Source: Gammaproteobacteria bacterium
GTDB lineage: Bacteria > Pseudomonadota > Gammaproteobacteria > DATFLL01
DNA: 64,000 bases
Reading direction: 5' to 3'
Assembly: GCA_035267785.1 (NCBI GenBank)
Contig: DATFLL010000061.1
Coordinates: 477 to 64,476, forward strand
The notes under the pieces were generated by a model. That model was given only the letters and a program-made list of their open reading frames with translations. It did no database searches and was not told the DNA's origin. Below are positions 32,798 to 42,973 of this stretch, in pieces (within the stretch, counting starts at the first letter, position 1; every line of letters starts with the position of its first letter). The translations under genes were made by a program, and so were the position numbers.

Positions 32798-32924
32798 ATT
32801 GCATGAGTGACGAGGGTCGAGGTGCGAGTTTCGAGGGGAAAAGGCCTCAAGAGAATCGCCTCACTTGGTATGCATTTCGTCGTATCCGCCGACCAGCAAC
32901 TGGCCCGCGCCGCGGGCGTCCGCC

Positions 32925-33075
32925 TCACGCCTTTTCTTTCTGCCGACTGCCAACTACAAACTGCCAACTCTCGACTGTCCCGCGAAGCGCACGCGCACCT
33001 CACACCTCACGCCTTTTCTTTCTGCCAACTGCCGACTGCAAACTGCCCACTCGCCCGCGAAGCGGGCGCGCGCCT
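32925..33075. repeat. two tandem, imperfect about 77-bp units of the CTGCCAACTGCC(G)ACTGCAAACTGCC family, each ending in a CCTCACG array
   Basis: Unit 1 is CTTTTCTTTCTGCCGACTGCCAACTACAAACTGCCAACTCTCGACTGTCCCGCGAAGCGCACGCGCACCTCACACCTCACGCC. Unit 2 is CTTTTCTTTCTGCCAACTGCCGACTGCAAACTGCCCACTCGCCCGCGAAGCGGGCGCGCGCCTCACGCCTCACGCCTCACGCC. Confidence 0.7.
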
Positions 33076-34259
33076 CACGCCTCACGCCTCACGCCCAAGA
33101 ACCTCCAGGCCACCAAGAACGCCGCGGCGCTGATGCCGGCGGCGATCAGATAGGTCGCCGTGCTGCCCAGCGTATCCCAGGTCAGGCCGCTGTAGTAGCT
33201 GCCGAGCGCGCCGCCCGCCCCGAAGCTCAGGCTGCTGTACAGCGCCTGCCCCTTGCCCTGATGGCGACCCGTGAAATAGCCGTGAATCAGCTGGATGGCC
33301 GCCGCGTGATACACCCCGAAGCTCGCCGCGTGCAGGGTCTGGGCGACGATCAGCAGCGGTAGATTGTCGACGAACAGGCCGATCATGACCCAGCGCAGCG
33401 TCGCCAGCACCAGGCTGGCCAGCAGCAGGCGCCTTACACCGAAGCGCGGCACCAGGCGGTGCATGATCAGGAACACGCCGACCTCCGCGACTACGCCCAG
33501 CGCCCAGAGCACCCCGATAAGCCGCGGCGCGTAACCGTGTGCATCCAGGTAAATAGAATAGAACGTATAATAGGGTCCGTGGCTCGCCTGCATCAGAAAA
33601 CACACGATCAACAGGGCGGCGACCGCCGGGCGCTTGAGCACGCGTCGCAAGGGCTCGTGATCCAGAGGCAGGTGATGCGCGGCGCGCTCGGGCACGATCA
33701 GGCTCGCCAGCCAGATGCCGGCGATCAGCACGATCAACGCCGCCGGCAAAACTGATGCACCGTGTTGATTGATCACATAGCCCAAGCCGGCCACGGTCAC
33801 GATAAACCCGATGGAGCCCCACAGGCGAATGCTGCTGTAACGGTGAGCCTGCTCCCCCAGGTGACTGAATGTCGTGGCCTCGAACTGCGGCAGCGCCGCA
33901 TTCCAGAAAAAGCTGAACACGAGCATGACCGCCGCCAGCCACCAATAGCCGGTCCCCCAGAACACGCCGGCGAAGGCCAGCACCGCGCACAGGGTCCCCA
34001 GGCGCACGATGACCATGCGCCGGCCGGTGTGATCGGCGAGATAGCCCCACACATTGGGCGAGACGATTTTGGTCGCCATGATGATGGCCATCAGTTCACC
34101 GATGGCGGCGGGCGCGAAACCCAGCGACTTCAGGTACAGCCCCCAATAAGGCACCAGCGCGCCGAGGCTGGCGAAATAGAAGAAATAGAAGTTGGACAGG
34201 CGCCAATAGGGCGCCGGGGTTGACGATCCGGCGTTAGCGGAAAGGCGGGAGGAATCCAT
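33075..34259 (-). CDS. MFS transporter
   Basis: 394 aa, 12 predicted transmembrane segments. N-terminal [27 protein letters not shown] is typical of the HcaT/MFS_1-like subfamily. Confidence 0.8.
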   Translation of the reverse strand: MDSSRLSANAGSSTPAPYWRLSNFYFFYFASLGALVPYWGLYLKSLGFAPAAIGELMAIIMATKIVSPNVWGYLADHTGRRMVIVRLGTLCAVLAFAGVFWGTGYWWLAAVMLVFSFFWNAALPQFEATTFSHLGEQAHRYSSIRLWGSIGFIVTVAGLGYVINQHGASVLPAALIVLIAGIWLASLIVPERAAHHLPLDHEPLRRVLKRPAVAALLIVCFLMQASHGPYYTFYSIYLDAHGYAPRLIGVLWALGVVAEVGVFLIMHRLVPRFGVRRLLLASLVLATLRWVMIGLFVDNLPLLIVAQTLHAASFGVYHAAAIQLIHGYFTGRHQGKGQALYSSLSFGAGGALGSYYSGLTWDTLGSTATYLIAAGISAAAFLVAWRFLGVRREA

Positions 34260-34273
34260 ACCCGAAAGTCGTC

Positions 34274-34357
34274 AGTTGGCAGTTGGCAGTTGGCAGTTGG
34301 CAGTTGGCAGTTGGCAGTTGGCAGTTGGCAGTTGGCAGTTGGCAGTTGGCAGTTGGC
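34274..34357. repeat. perfect heptanucleotide array (AGTTGGC)x12, 15-98 nt upstream of the MFS transporter start codon
   Basis: Counted directly from the sequence. It is followed by AGATAACAGCAAGAAAC, which matches the TTGGCAG-family module at 7410-7445. Confidence 0.9.
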
Positions 34358-34519
34358 AGATAACAGCAAGAAACATCGAATACTTCGAACTCAGGGCCTG
34401 TCGGTCTCCTTCACCCACCATAGAAGCCAAAGAGAGCGAAACACCATGGGGCGCGAGGTATTAATTAGGATATTGCCTTTCTCTGCATCCTCCGCGCCTC
34501 TGCGGTCGCCGCATTGATC

Positions 34520-34566
34520 ACCACGCTTGGCAGCCATTCTTGCTGCCGACTGCAAACTGCCAACTG
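34520..34566. repeat. TTGGCAG-family module copy (CTTGGCAGCCATTCTTGCTGCCGACTGCAAACTGCCAACTG) abutting the aroC stop
   Basis: Sequence similarity to 32925-33060 and 7410-7445. Confidence 0.6.
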
Positions 34567-35679
34567 TTAACTATCTTCCGGCGGCGCAGCCGCCGGAATG
34601 ATGGGCGTCTCGGAGCGCACGTCCTGGTTCTGGGCGCGGTGGCGCAGCAGGTGGTCCATGAGCACGATGGCGACCATGGCCTCGGCGATGGGCGTGGCGC
34701 GGATCCCCACGCAGGGGTCGTGGCGCCCCTTGGTCTCCACGCTCACCGGCTCGCCCTGCAGATTCACGCTGCGCCCGGTCAGCCGGATGCTGGACGTGGG
34801 CTTGAGGGCAATCGAGGCGAGGATGTCCTGACCGCTGGAGATGCCGCCGAGCACGCCGCCGGCATTGTTGCTCAGAAAACCCGCCGGCGTGATCTCGTCG
34901 CGGTGCTCGGTGCCCTTCTGCTCGACGCTGGCGAAGCCGGCCCCGATCTCCACACCCTTGACGGCATTGATGCACATCAGCGCGTGCGCCAGATCCGCGT
35001 CCAGCCGGTCGAACACCGGCTCGCCCAGACCCGGCGGCACGCCGTCGGCCACCACGTTAACGCGGGCGCCGATGGAGTCGCCCTCCTTGCGCAGGGCGTC
35101 CATGTAGGACTCGAGCTCGCTGACCTTGGCCGCGTCGGGGAAGAAGAACGGGTTCTGCTCGACCACGTCCCAGTCGAAGGCCTCCGGGCGAATGGGACCG
35201 AGCTGGGCCAGATAGCCGCGAATGCGCACGCCGTAGTGCTCGTTAAGGTACTTCTTGGCGATGGCGCCGGCCGCCACGCGCATGGCGGTCTCGCGCGCCG
35301 AGGAACGCCCGCCCCCGCGATAGTCGCGCCGGCCGTATTTTTGCTGATAGGTGTAGTCGGCATGGCCCGGACGGAAGCGGTCCATGATATTGGAGTAGTC
35401 CTTGGAGCGCTGATCGGTGTTGTGGATGATCAGCGCGATCGGCGTTCCCGTCGTCTCGCCCTCGAATACGCCGGATAGAATCTGTACCTCGTCGGATTCG
35501 CGCCGCTGGGTGGTATGGCGCGACTTGCCGGGCTTGCGCCGGTCCAGATCCGCCTGCAGATCGGCCTCGCTGAGCGCGAGGCCCGGCGGGCAGCCGTCGA
35601 CGATACAGCCGATCGCCGGCCCGTGGCTTTCGCCAAAGGAGGTCACCGTAAACAGCTTGCCGATGGAGTTGCCGGACAT
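34567..35679 (-). CDS. aroC: chorismate synthase
   Basis: [34 protein letters not shown]. Confidence 0.93.
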   Translation of the reverse strand: MSGNSIGKLFTVTSFGESHGPAIGCIVDGCPPGLALSEADLQADLDRRKPGKSRHTTQRRESDEVQILSGVFEGETTGTPIALIIHNTDQRSKDYSNIMDRFRPGHADYTYQQKYGRRDYRGGGRSSARETAMRVAAGAIAKKYLNEHYGVRIRGYLAQLGPIRPEAFDWDVVEQNPFFFPDAAKVSELESYMDALRKEGDSIGARVNVVADGVPPGLGEPVFDRLDADLAHALMCINAVKGVEIGAGFASVEQKGTEHRDEITPAGFLSNNAGGVLGGISSGQDILASIALKPTSSIRLTGRSVNLQGEPVSVETKGRHDPCVGIRATPIAEAMVAIVLMDHLLRHRAQNQDVRSETPIIPAAAPPEDS

Positions 35680-35739
35680 GGCGCCTATTGTACTGGCAAA
35701 ACGGGCGCGCGTCGCCATTGACGCGCGGCGAACTCCGTC

Positions 35740-37155
35740 TCAGATGACCTTGGAGAAGCGCTCGGATGCCGCCGCCTTGAGATAGCGGTCGAACACCATA
35801 CAGATGTTGCGGATGAGCAGCTTGCCGGCGGGGCGAACCTGAATCTGCCGCGAGTCCAGGTCCAGAAGTCCGTCCTCGTGCATGCGGGCGAGCTCGGCGA
35901 GCTCCTCGGCGAAATAGTCCGCGAAATCGATCCCGAACCGCGCCGCCACCGCCTGCATGTCCAGCCGAAAATGACAAATGAGATCGGTGATCACCGCCCG
36001 GCGCAGGCGGTCGTCGTCGCTCAGCGCGATGCCCCGAAAGATCGGCAGGCGGTCGGCATCGACGCGCTCGTAGTACTCGTCGAGCGTGCGCACGTTCTGG
36101 CTGTAGCTGTCGGCGACCATGCCGATTGCGGTGATGCCCATGGCGACCAGATCGCACTCGGCATGGGTGGAATAGCCCTGGAAGTTGCGGTACAGGCTAC
36201 CCTCGCGTTGGGCCACGGCGAGCTCGTCGTCGGGCTTGGCGAAGTGGTCCATGCCGATGTAGACGTAGCCGGCGCCCGTCAGGCGCTCGATGCTGAAGCG
36301 CAGTATGTCGAGCTTCTCCTCAGGGCTGGGCAGGTCCTCGGCCTGGATACGCCGCTGCGGCTTGAACAGCTCGGGCAGGTGGGCGTAGTTGAAGATCGAC
36401 AGTCTATCGGGATCGGCGGCGATGACGCGGTCCAGCGTCCGGGCGAAGCTGCTCACGCTCTGGTGCGGCAGACCGTAGATGAGGTCGATGCTGATGGATT
36501 TGAATCCTTCGCGCCGCGCGGAATCCATTGCGGCCAGCGTCTGCGCCTCGGACTGAATGCGGTTGACGGCCTTCTGCACCTGCGGCTCGAAGTCCTGCAC
36601 GCCAAGGCTCATGCGGTTGAAACCGAGCTCGCGCAGCAGCGCGATGGTCTCGGTACCGACCTCGCGCGGGTCGATCTCGATGGAGTACTCGCCGCTGTCG
36701 TCCTCGTGCAGGGCGAAGTGGCGGCGTGTGTGCGCCATCAGCGCACGCATCTCATCGTGACTGATGAAGGTCGGCGTACCGCCGCCCCAATGCAGCTGAT
36801 CGACCGGGCGAGCATCGTCGAACAGGGCCGCCTGCAGGGCAATCTCCCGGTGCAGGCGCTCGAGATAAGGCGCGGCACGGCCGCGGTTCTTGGTCACGAC
36901 CTTGTTGCAGGCGCAGTAGTAGCAGACCGTGTCGCAAAACGGCAGGTGAAAGTACAGCGACAGGGGAGCCGCGCCGCCGCCCTGCTCCGCGGGCCGTCCG
37001 CGTTGGTTGCTCGACCGGCAGTGCTCGCGGTAGTCGGCCTCGGTGAAGCCCTCGTGGAACTGCACCGCCGTTGGGTACGAGGTGTAACGCGGTCCGGCTC
37101 GATCGTAGCGGCGCACCAGATCGGGGTCGAAGACGAGGTCGTGAAATTCGCTCAT
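35740..37155 (-). CDS. hemN: oxygen-independent coproporphyrinogen III oxidase (radical SAM)
   Basis: Radical SAM cluster motif CDTVCYYCAC. 471 aa. HemN-like C-terminal domain. Confidence 0.88.
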   Translation of the reverse strand: MSEFHDLVFDPDLVRRYDRAGPRYTSYPTAVQFHEGFTEADYREHCRSSNQRGRPAEQGGGAAPLSLYFHLPFCDTVCYYCACNKVVTKNRGRAAPYLERLHREIALQAALFDDARPVDQLHWGGGTPTFISHDEMRALMAHTRRHFALHEDDSGEYSIEIDPREVGTETIALLRELGFNRMSLGVQDFEPQVQKAVNRIQSEAQTLAAMDSARREGFKSISIDLIYGLPHQSVSSFARTLDRVIAADPDRLSIFNYAHLPELFKPQRRIQAEDLPSPEEKLDILRFSIERLTGAGYVYIGMDHFAKPDDELAVAQREGSLYRNFQGYSTHAECDLVAMGITAIGMVADSYSQNVRTLDEYYERVDADRLPIFRGIALSDDDRLRRAVITDLICHFRLDMQAVAARFGIDFADYFAEELAELARMHEDGLLDLDSRQIQVRPAGKLLIRNICMVFDRYLKAAASERFSKVI

Positions 37156-37201
37156 AGGGTTCCAGCATACGGGCCGACGCGGCCGGGCGGAATGACCTGG
37201 A

Positions 37202-37555
37202 TCAAGTGTCCTCGACGGCCAGTCCCTCCCGGTGCGTCTCGTTTATCATACGAAACAGGTACTTGAACGGCAGAACTCGATCGTCCTGCCTTTCGACCAG
37301 GGCCATGAAGAGTAGGTCCTCCCCCCCAAAGCGATGGCTGCCGTTGGACAACGACAGGCGCAGTTGACGTACCTGCCGCTCCAGGTCGTTGATGCCGTGC
37401 ACGGCGTCGCCCAACGAGTCCATGTCGTATTCTGCGGCCGCGCGCAACTCTTCAATCTCGAAAATGGCCTGATCGACCAGGTCCACGTACTCCGCCAGGG
37501 TCCTGGGCCGCGGAATGTGGGAGTTCGGTCGTTTCATCGCCGCCACTGGCTCCAT
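37202..37555 (-). CDS. hypothetical small cytoplasmic protein (no family recognised)
   Basis: ORF of about 118-143 aa lying between hemN and prmB, in the same orientation. Confidence 0.45.
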   Translation of the reverse strand: MEPVAAMKRPNSHIPRPRTLAEYVDLVDQAIFEIEELRAAAEYDMDSLGDAVHGINDLERQVRQLRLSLSNGSHRFGGEDLLFMALVERQDDRVLPFKYLFRMINETHREGLAVEDT

Positions 37556-37583
37556 GGGGGCATGCCGCCCGGTAGGACCGCGC

Positions 37584-38561
37584 TCAGGCGCGGGCGCGCA
37601 CTCGCTGCTCGGCGGCCTGCGCAATGAGCGCATGGTGCTCGGCGAGCTGGCCCGCGGTCAGCACGAAGACGCCCTCCCCGCCGCGCTCGAACTCGAGCCA
37701 GACGAACGGGACCTGGGGCAGCAGGCGGGCCAGGGACTCGGCGCTGTTGCCCACCTCCACCACCAGCACGCCCACGGCGCTGAGGTGATCGGGGGCATCG
37801 CGAAGCATGGGCAGGACCAGGTCCAGACCGTCGCCGCCGGCCGCTAAACCCAGTTCGGGTTCGTGACGATATTCCGGCGGCAGGGCCGCCATATCGGCCG
37901 CGTCGACGTACGGCGGGTTGCTGACGATGAGATCATAACGCCGCCCGCTCAACCCGGCGAACAGATCCGAGGCCACCGCCTCGACGCGCTCCTCCACCCC
38001 GTGTCGGGCGATATTGACGGCCGCGACGGCAAGCGCATCGGTCGAGACGTCGGCCGCGTCGACCCGCGCCTGGGGGAAGGCCAGTGCACAGGCCACCGCG
38101 ATACAGCCGCCGCCGGTGCACAGATCGAGGACCCGCTCCACGTGTGCGGCGTCCACCCAGGGCTCGAAGCCCTGTTCGATGAGCTCGGCGATCGGCGAGC
38201 GGGGAACCAGCACCCGCTCGTCGACGTAGAAGGACAGGCCCGCAAACCAGGCCTCGTGCGTCAGGTAAGGCGCCGGCACGCGTTCACTGATGCGCCGGTC
38301 CAGCAACTCGGCCACCGCGACCTTTTCCGCCGGCGTCAGGCGTGAATCCAGATAGGCAGGCGGGAAATCGGCCGGCAGATGCAGGGCATGGGAGACGAGA
38401 TACGCCGCCTCGTCGAAGGCATTGTCGGTGCCGTGGCCGAAGTGCAGACCGGCGGCGGCAAAACGGCTCGCACCCCAGCGGATGAAATCACGCACGGTGT
38501 ACAGCGCCGCAAGCTCGTCGTTCCTGTCAGTCACGGTCGTATCCGCACCACCCTCAGGCAC
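37584..38561 (-). CDS. prmB: ribosomal protein L3 glutamine N5-methyltransferase
   Basis: [16 protein letters not shown]..., NPPY motif ([23 protein letters not shown]) and SAM motif [13 protein letters not shown]. Conserved aroC-prmB neighbourhood. Confidence 0.88.
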   Translation of the reverse strand: MPEGGADTTVTDRNDELAALYTVRDFIRWGASRFAAAGLHFGHGTDNAFDEAAYLVSHALHLPADFPPAYLDSRLTPAEKVAVAELLDRRISERVPAPYLTHEAWFAGLSFYVDERVLVPRSPIAELIEQGFEPWVDAAHVERVLDLCTGGGCIAVACALAFPQARVDAADVSTDALAVAAVNIARHGVEERVEAVASDLFAGLSGRRYDLIVSNPPYVDAADMAALPPEYRHEPELGLAAGGDGLDLVLPMLRDAPDHLSAVGVLVVEVGNSAESLARLLPQVPFVWLEFERGGEGVFVLTAGQLAEHHALIAQAAEQRVRARA

Positions 38562-39111
38562 TGGCGGGCTTCTTCGCGTGTTTGGGCCGAAAGGCCTTGA
38601 TGACCGACTCGTCGGTCTCCAGATACGGCCCCTCTATGAGATCGATGCAGTAGGGCACCGCCGGGAACACAGCATTTAGGCAGTCGGCAATGGCCGAGGG
38701 TTTGCCCGGCAGGTTGATCAGCAGCGAGCGGCCACGCACACCGGCCATCTGACGGGACAGGATGGCAGTGGGTACGTATTGGAGCGAAACCGCACGCATC
38801 TGCTCGCCGAAGCCATCGAGCACCTTGTCGCACACAGCCTCGGTCGCCTCCGGGGTAATATCGCGCGGCGCCGGACCGGTGCCGCCGGTCGTTACCACGA
38901 GGCAGCAGCCCTCCTGGTCACACAATTCACGCAGCGCCGCCTCGACAGCGGGCCGCTCGTCGGCCACCAGGCGGGGCACCGCCTCCCACGGCGTGGTCAG
39001 CGCCTTGTCCAGCCATTCACGGATGGCCGGGCCGCCCTGATCTTCGTACTCGCCGCGGCTGGCACGGTCGGAGACGGTGACGATGCCGATGCGTACTGTC
39101 TTTTCAGTCAT
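38554..39111 (-). CDS. mog: molybdopterin adenylyltransferase
   Basis: [11 protein letters not shown]...[14 protein letters not shown]...[12 protein letters not shown]...[11 protein letters not shown]. Near full-length MogA-like. Confidence 0.88.
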   Translation of the reverse strand: MTEKTVRIGIVTVSDRASRGEYEDQGGPAIREWLDKALTTPWEAVPRLVADERPAVEAALRELCDQEGCCLVVTTGGTGPAPRDITPEATEAVCDKVLDGFGEQMRAVSLQYVPTAILSRQMAGVRGRSLLINLPGKPSAIADCLNAVFPAVPYCIDLIEGPYLETDESVIKAFRPKHAKKPASA

Positions 39112-39389
39112 GTCTTTCGAACCACCTTCAAGGCAATCAACATATCCATTATTGAAGGGCTGGTGAAAGCGTCACGAGCCCGAATACACCCAAATATAGC
39201 TGCAAAGCTCCTTCGGGAACCGGCAGCGCAGCGACCCAATCATTTCAATTGGGACATATCCAGTAGATAGGCGAAGGAGCGACAAAACGATAGGGATATT
39301 CGTTTTGCGCGACCGAAGGTCGCCCGCACAGTGGCGCACAGGGATGTGCGCCATCAACAGCGCACACCGCAGCAGCTTTCAACAGCCTG

Positions 39390-40196
39390 TCAGAAATCAT
39401 ACACCAGATTGATTGACGTCAGCGTATCCGTCTTGACCTTGTCCACGGGCACCTGGGTGTCGTGCTTGACCAGCACCGACAACTTCATGGCCAACTTGGC
39501 GTTCATCTTCAGCTTGAGCGAGGTCTCCGACTCGCTGTGCGTGTTGCTCTGGCCGATTTCCGAGAAGGCCGCCTCGCTGAACTCGCTGGTGGGCGTGAAC
39601 TTCCAGCGGTATTTGGCGGCCACGCGCGCGATGGCTTCGTTATCACGCGTGCCGTCGAGAAACTTCGTCTGGCGCCCACCGGCGCCGATCTCGGTTTCGA
39701 ACACCATGGTATCGGTGTTGACGAAACGATGGCCGTAACCGACCGACTCGGACACGCGATAGGTAAAGCCGGCGAAACGATCGTTTTCGTAGCGCAGCGT
39801 ACCGACCAGGTAGTTGACCTCGTCGAGCTTGTAGTCCGACTTGCCGGCCACTACGTAGCGTTCGGCGGTAGTCACCGAACTCTCGGACGTGCGCAGATAC
39901 TCGGCGCCGATGTGATTGCGCCAGCGTGGGCGCTCGTTATCGAATTTGAGCTTGGCATTGATGCTGGAGGTCTTGGTATTGCCGCTGGTGACAATCACGC
40001 CCAGCTCGCCTTCGCCGTCCCAGGTGCTCTTTTTCTTGGGTTCTTCGAAGGTATCCGTAGCGGCCGCTGAGGTCGCCACCGCCAGTTGGTCGCCCGAGCC
40101 CTGAGCCGCGGCAGCCGCGCCCGCCGGGGCCAGCTCTGCCGCTACAAGCGCAGCGCACAGACAAGGCAGTACTGTTCGCATGCCGTCTCCTTGCAT
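39390..40196 (-). CDS. DUF481 (YdiY-like) outer-membrane beta-barrel protein
   Basis: Signal peptide, alternating beta-strand pattern, C-terminal ...LTSINLVYDF ending in an aromatic residue. Confidence 0.7.
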   Translation of the reverse strand: MQGDGMRTVLPCLCAALVAAELAPAGAAAAAQGSGDQLAVATSAAATDTFEEPKKKSTWDGEGELGVIVTSGNTKTSSINAKLKFDNERPRWRNHIGAEYLRTSESSVTTAERYVVAGKSDYKLDEVNYLVGTLRYENDRFAGFTYRVSESVGYGHRFVNTDTMVFETEIGAGGRQTKFLDGTRDNEAIARVAAKYRWKFTPTSEFSEAAFSEIGQSNTHSESETSLKLKMNAKLAMKLSVLVKHDTQVPVDKVKTDTLTSINLVYDF

Positions 40197-40283
40197 AAAG
40201 CCAATCGGGTACGCGAAGCCCGAGCAAACGGACGCCCGCCGGCGCGACCGGTGCAGACAGCGCGATGGGGGCTAAAGGCCGAC

Positions 40284-41384
40284 TCAGACGGCGAAGTCCC
40301 TGAGCCTTACGGGCATCCGCTTGGCCCCCCACTGACCGGGCGGACCTTCGAAAACGCCGGCACAGGGCGTACCGCAGGATTTGCAATGACCGTCGTCGGT
40401 CAGGTTCCAGTCCGATAGGACATACCAGTCCCGACCGATGAGTTTTGTACCACAGTGGTGACAGTAGGTGCTACCCCCCTCCGCATCGTGGACATTGCCC
40501 GTATAGGCGTAACGGATACCGTTTTCCATGGCGATGCGCCGCGCACGCGTCAGGGTCTCGGGCGGCGTCGGCGGCGTGTCCATCATCTTCCAGTCCGGGT
40601 GAAAGGCGGTGAAATGCATCGGCACATCCGGACCGAGATGTTCCGCCACCCATTGGGTCATCTCGGTGAGCTCCTCGTCGGAGTCGTTCTCGCCCGGTAT
40701 CAACAGCGTGGTGAGCTCGAACCACACGTCCGTCTCGCGCTTCAGATATTCGAGCGTCTCGAGCACCGGCTGCAGGTGACCGCCGGTGATCTTGTGGTAG
40801 AAGCGCTCGGTAAAAGCCTTCAGATCGACGTTGGCCGCGTCCATGTAACGGTAGAACTCCGCACGCGGCTCGGCGGTGACATAGCCGGCAGTGACGGCGA
40901 CGGATTTTATGCCGCGCTCGTGACAGGCCTTGGCCACGTCGATCGCGTACTCGTGGAAAATCACCGGGTCATTGTAGGTGTAGGCCACGCTGCGGCAGCC
41001 GAGTTTCTCGGCGGCCCGGGCAATCGTCTCCGGGAAGGCCTCGTCGGCGAGCGTGTCGATTTCGCGCGACTTGCTGATATCCCAGTTCTGGCAGAACTTG
41101 CAGGCCAGGTTGCAGCCGGCCGTACCGAACGAGAGCACCGAGGTACCGGGCAGGAAGTGATTGAGCGGCTTTTTCTCGATGGGATCGACGCAGTAGCCGC
41201 TGGAGCGCCCATAGGTGGTGAGCACCATAGTATCGCCCTGGCGCGCGCGCACGAAACACAGGCCGCGCTGACCGTCATGCAGCTTGCAGAATCGCGGGCA
41301 CAGATCGCACTGGATACGCCCGTCTTCGAGCTTGTGCCAATAGCCGACGGGGACGGTGGGCTCGGTGATGCCGATATCGCTCAT
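40284..41384 (-). CDS. AmmeMemoRadiSam system radical SAM enzyme
   Basis: GCNLACKFCQNW (CxxxCxxC), an N-terminal Cys-rich region and about 366 aa. Divergent partner of the Memo/AMMECR1 genes. Confidence 0.85.
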   Translation of the reverse strand: MSDIGITEPTVPVGYWHKLEDGRIQCDLCPRFCKLHDGQRGLCFVRARQGDTMVLTTYGRSSGYCVDPIEKKPLNHFLPGTSVLSFGTAGCNLACKFCQNWDISKSREIDTLADEAFPETIARAAEKLGCRSVAYTYNDPVIFHEYAIDVAKACHERGIKSVAVTAGYVTAEPRAEFYRYMDAANVDLKAFTERFYHKITGGHLQPVLETLEYLKRETDVWFELTTLLIPGENDSDEELTEMTQWVAEHLGPDVPMHFTAFHPDWKMMDTPPTPPETLTRARRIAMENGIRYAYTGNVHDAEGGSTYCHHCGTKLIGRDWYVLSDWNLTDDGHCKSCGTPCAGVFEGPPGQWGAKRMPVRLRDFAV

Positions 41385-41552
41385 GAGCGGGCCTTCGTCG
41401 TAATCGAATCTTATCCCTTAACTATAGCCGACAGCCGCAGGATTCAATCGCGAGCGGCCCCCTACCCCGCCGACGGCACTGCGGCCCTTGAACGCCCGGC
41501 CGCGCGGCTATACTTTTGATAGAAGCGTTAATCCTTCACTAAGGACGTTACC

Positions 41553-42347
41553 ATGACCGCGTCCCATACGCGCCCGCCGGCCGTCGCCGGCATGTTCTAT
41601 CCCGCCGGCCCCGCCGAGCTGCACACCACGGTGCGCCAAATGCTCGACGCCGCCGCGCCGACCGAGGAACCCGTGCCCAAGGCCATCATCGTGCCCCACG
41701 CCGGGTATATTTATTCGGGGCCGATCGCCGCCAGCGCCTACGCCCGGCTGCGCCCGGCCCGCGATGTCATCCACCGGGTGATCCTGCTCGGCCCCTCGCA
41801 CAGGGTCCCCTTCTACGGCCTGGCGGTGAGCACCGCCGAACAGTTCGCCACGCCCCTGGGGGACATCCCGCTCGACCGGGAGGCAATCGCGCGCATCAGC
41901 GCGCTGCCGCAGGTCAAGACGCTGGACGAGGCCCATGCCCTGGAACACAGCCTGGAGGTGCATCTGCCGTTCCTGCAGGAGGTCCTGGCCTCGTTCACGC
42001 TCGTGCCGCTGGTCGTGGGCGACACCCGCCCGGAAGACGTGGGCGAGGTGCTGGAGATGCTCTGGGACGGTCCCGAGACCCTGATCGTCATCAGCTCGGA
42101 TCTGAGCCACTACCACGATTACGACACGGCCCGGCGCATGGACCAGGCCACGGCGCGTGCGATCGAGGGCCTGCGCCCGGAAGACATCCACTACGAAGAC
42201 GCCTGCGGGCGCAATCCCGTCAACGGCCTGCTGCACCTGTCGCGCAAGCTCGGACTGCACGCCCACACCGTGGACCTGCGCAACTCGGGCGACACGGCGG
42301 GGCCGCGCGACCAGGTGGTCGGCTACGGCGCCTGGGTCTTCGACTGA
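41553..42347 (+). CDS. AmmeMemoRadiSam system protein B (MEMO1-family)
   Basis: MFYPAGPAELHTTV...IIVPHAGYIYSGPIAASAY...LLGPSHRV, a MEMO-like His/Asp-rich pocket. Confidence 0.85.
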   Translation: MTASHTRPPAVAGMFYPAGPAELHTTVRQMLDAAAPTEEPVPKAIIVPHAGYIYSGPIAASAYARLRPARDVIHRVILLGPSHRVPFYGLAVSTAEQFATPLGDIPLDREAIARISALPQVKTLDEAHALEHSLEVHLPFLQEVLASFTLVPLVVGDTRPEDVGEVLEMLWDGPETLIVISSDLSHYHDYDTARRMDQATARAIEGLRPEDIHYEDACGRNPVNGLLHLSRKLGLHAHTVDLRNSGDTAGPRDQVVGYGAWVFD

Positions 42348-42351
42348 GCCC

Positions 42352-42909
42352 ATGCTGGACGCCGAGCAGCGCCGTACCCTGCTGGAGATCGCCGCGGCAT
42401 CCATCGACTACGGACTGGCCCACGGCCGGCCCCTGGCCGTCGATAGCGCCTCCTATCCCGAGGCCTTGCAGGCGCCCGGCGCGGCCTTCGTCACCCTGAC
42501 CCGCGGAGGCGAGCTGCGCGGCTGTATCGGCAGCCTGGAGGCAACGCGCCCGCTGGTCGAGGACATCGCCCAAAACGCCCACGCGGCGGCCTTTCGCGAC
42601 CCGCGTTTTCCGCCCTTGAGCCCCGTCGAACGCGACGGCCTGTCCATCCACATCTCCGTGCTCACGCCGCCCGCGCCGCTCGAGGTCGACAGCGAGGAGG
42701 CCCTGCTGGCGGCGATGCGCCCGGGCGTGGATGGTTTTGTGCTGCAGGAAGGCAACCGGCGCGGGACTTTCCTGCCGTCGGTATGGGAGAGCCTGCCCGA
42801 GCCGCGCGATTTTCTGCGCCATCTCAAGCTCAAGGCGGGACTGCCGCCCGACCATTGGTCGGACGCGATCCGGGTTCAACGCTATACGGTGGAGGAATTC
42901 GGCGACTGA
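42352..42909 (+). CDS. AmmeMemoRadiSam system protein A (AMMECR1 domain)
   Basis: AAFVTLTRGGELRGCIGSLEATRPLVEDIAQNAHAAAFRDPRF, the AMMECR1 signature. It starts 4 nt after the protein B stop. Confidence 0.85.
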   Translation: MLDAEQRRTLLEIAAASIDYGLAHGRPLAVDSASYPEALQAPGAAFVTLTRGGELRGCIGSLEATRPLVEDIAQNAHAAAFRDPRFPPLSPVERDGLSIHISVLTPPAPLEVDSEEALLAAMRPGVDGFVLQEGNRRGTFLPSVWESLPEPRDFLRHLKLKAGLPPDHWSDAIRVQRYTVEEFGD

Positions 42910-42973
42910 CAGCGGCTGGCGCGCCCGCCGCCAGGGGGGCACAAGCCCCCGGATGGCATCAGGTGGTGGGGGG

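Noticed and set aside
34130-34369. ORF encoding (ANCQLPT)n through the heptamer array
   Set aside because: It is a translation artefact of the tandem repeat. There is no start context, and it overlaps the MFS start region.
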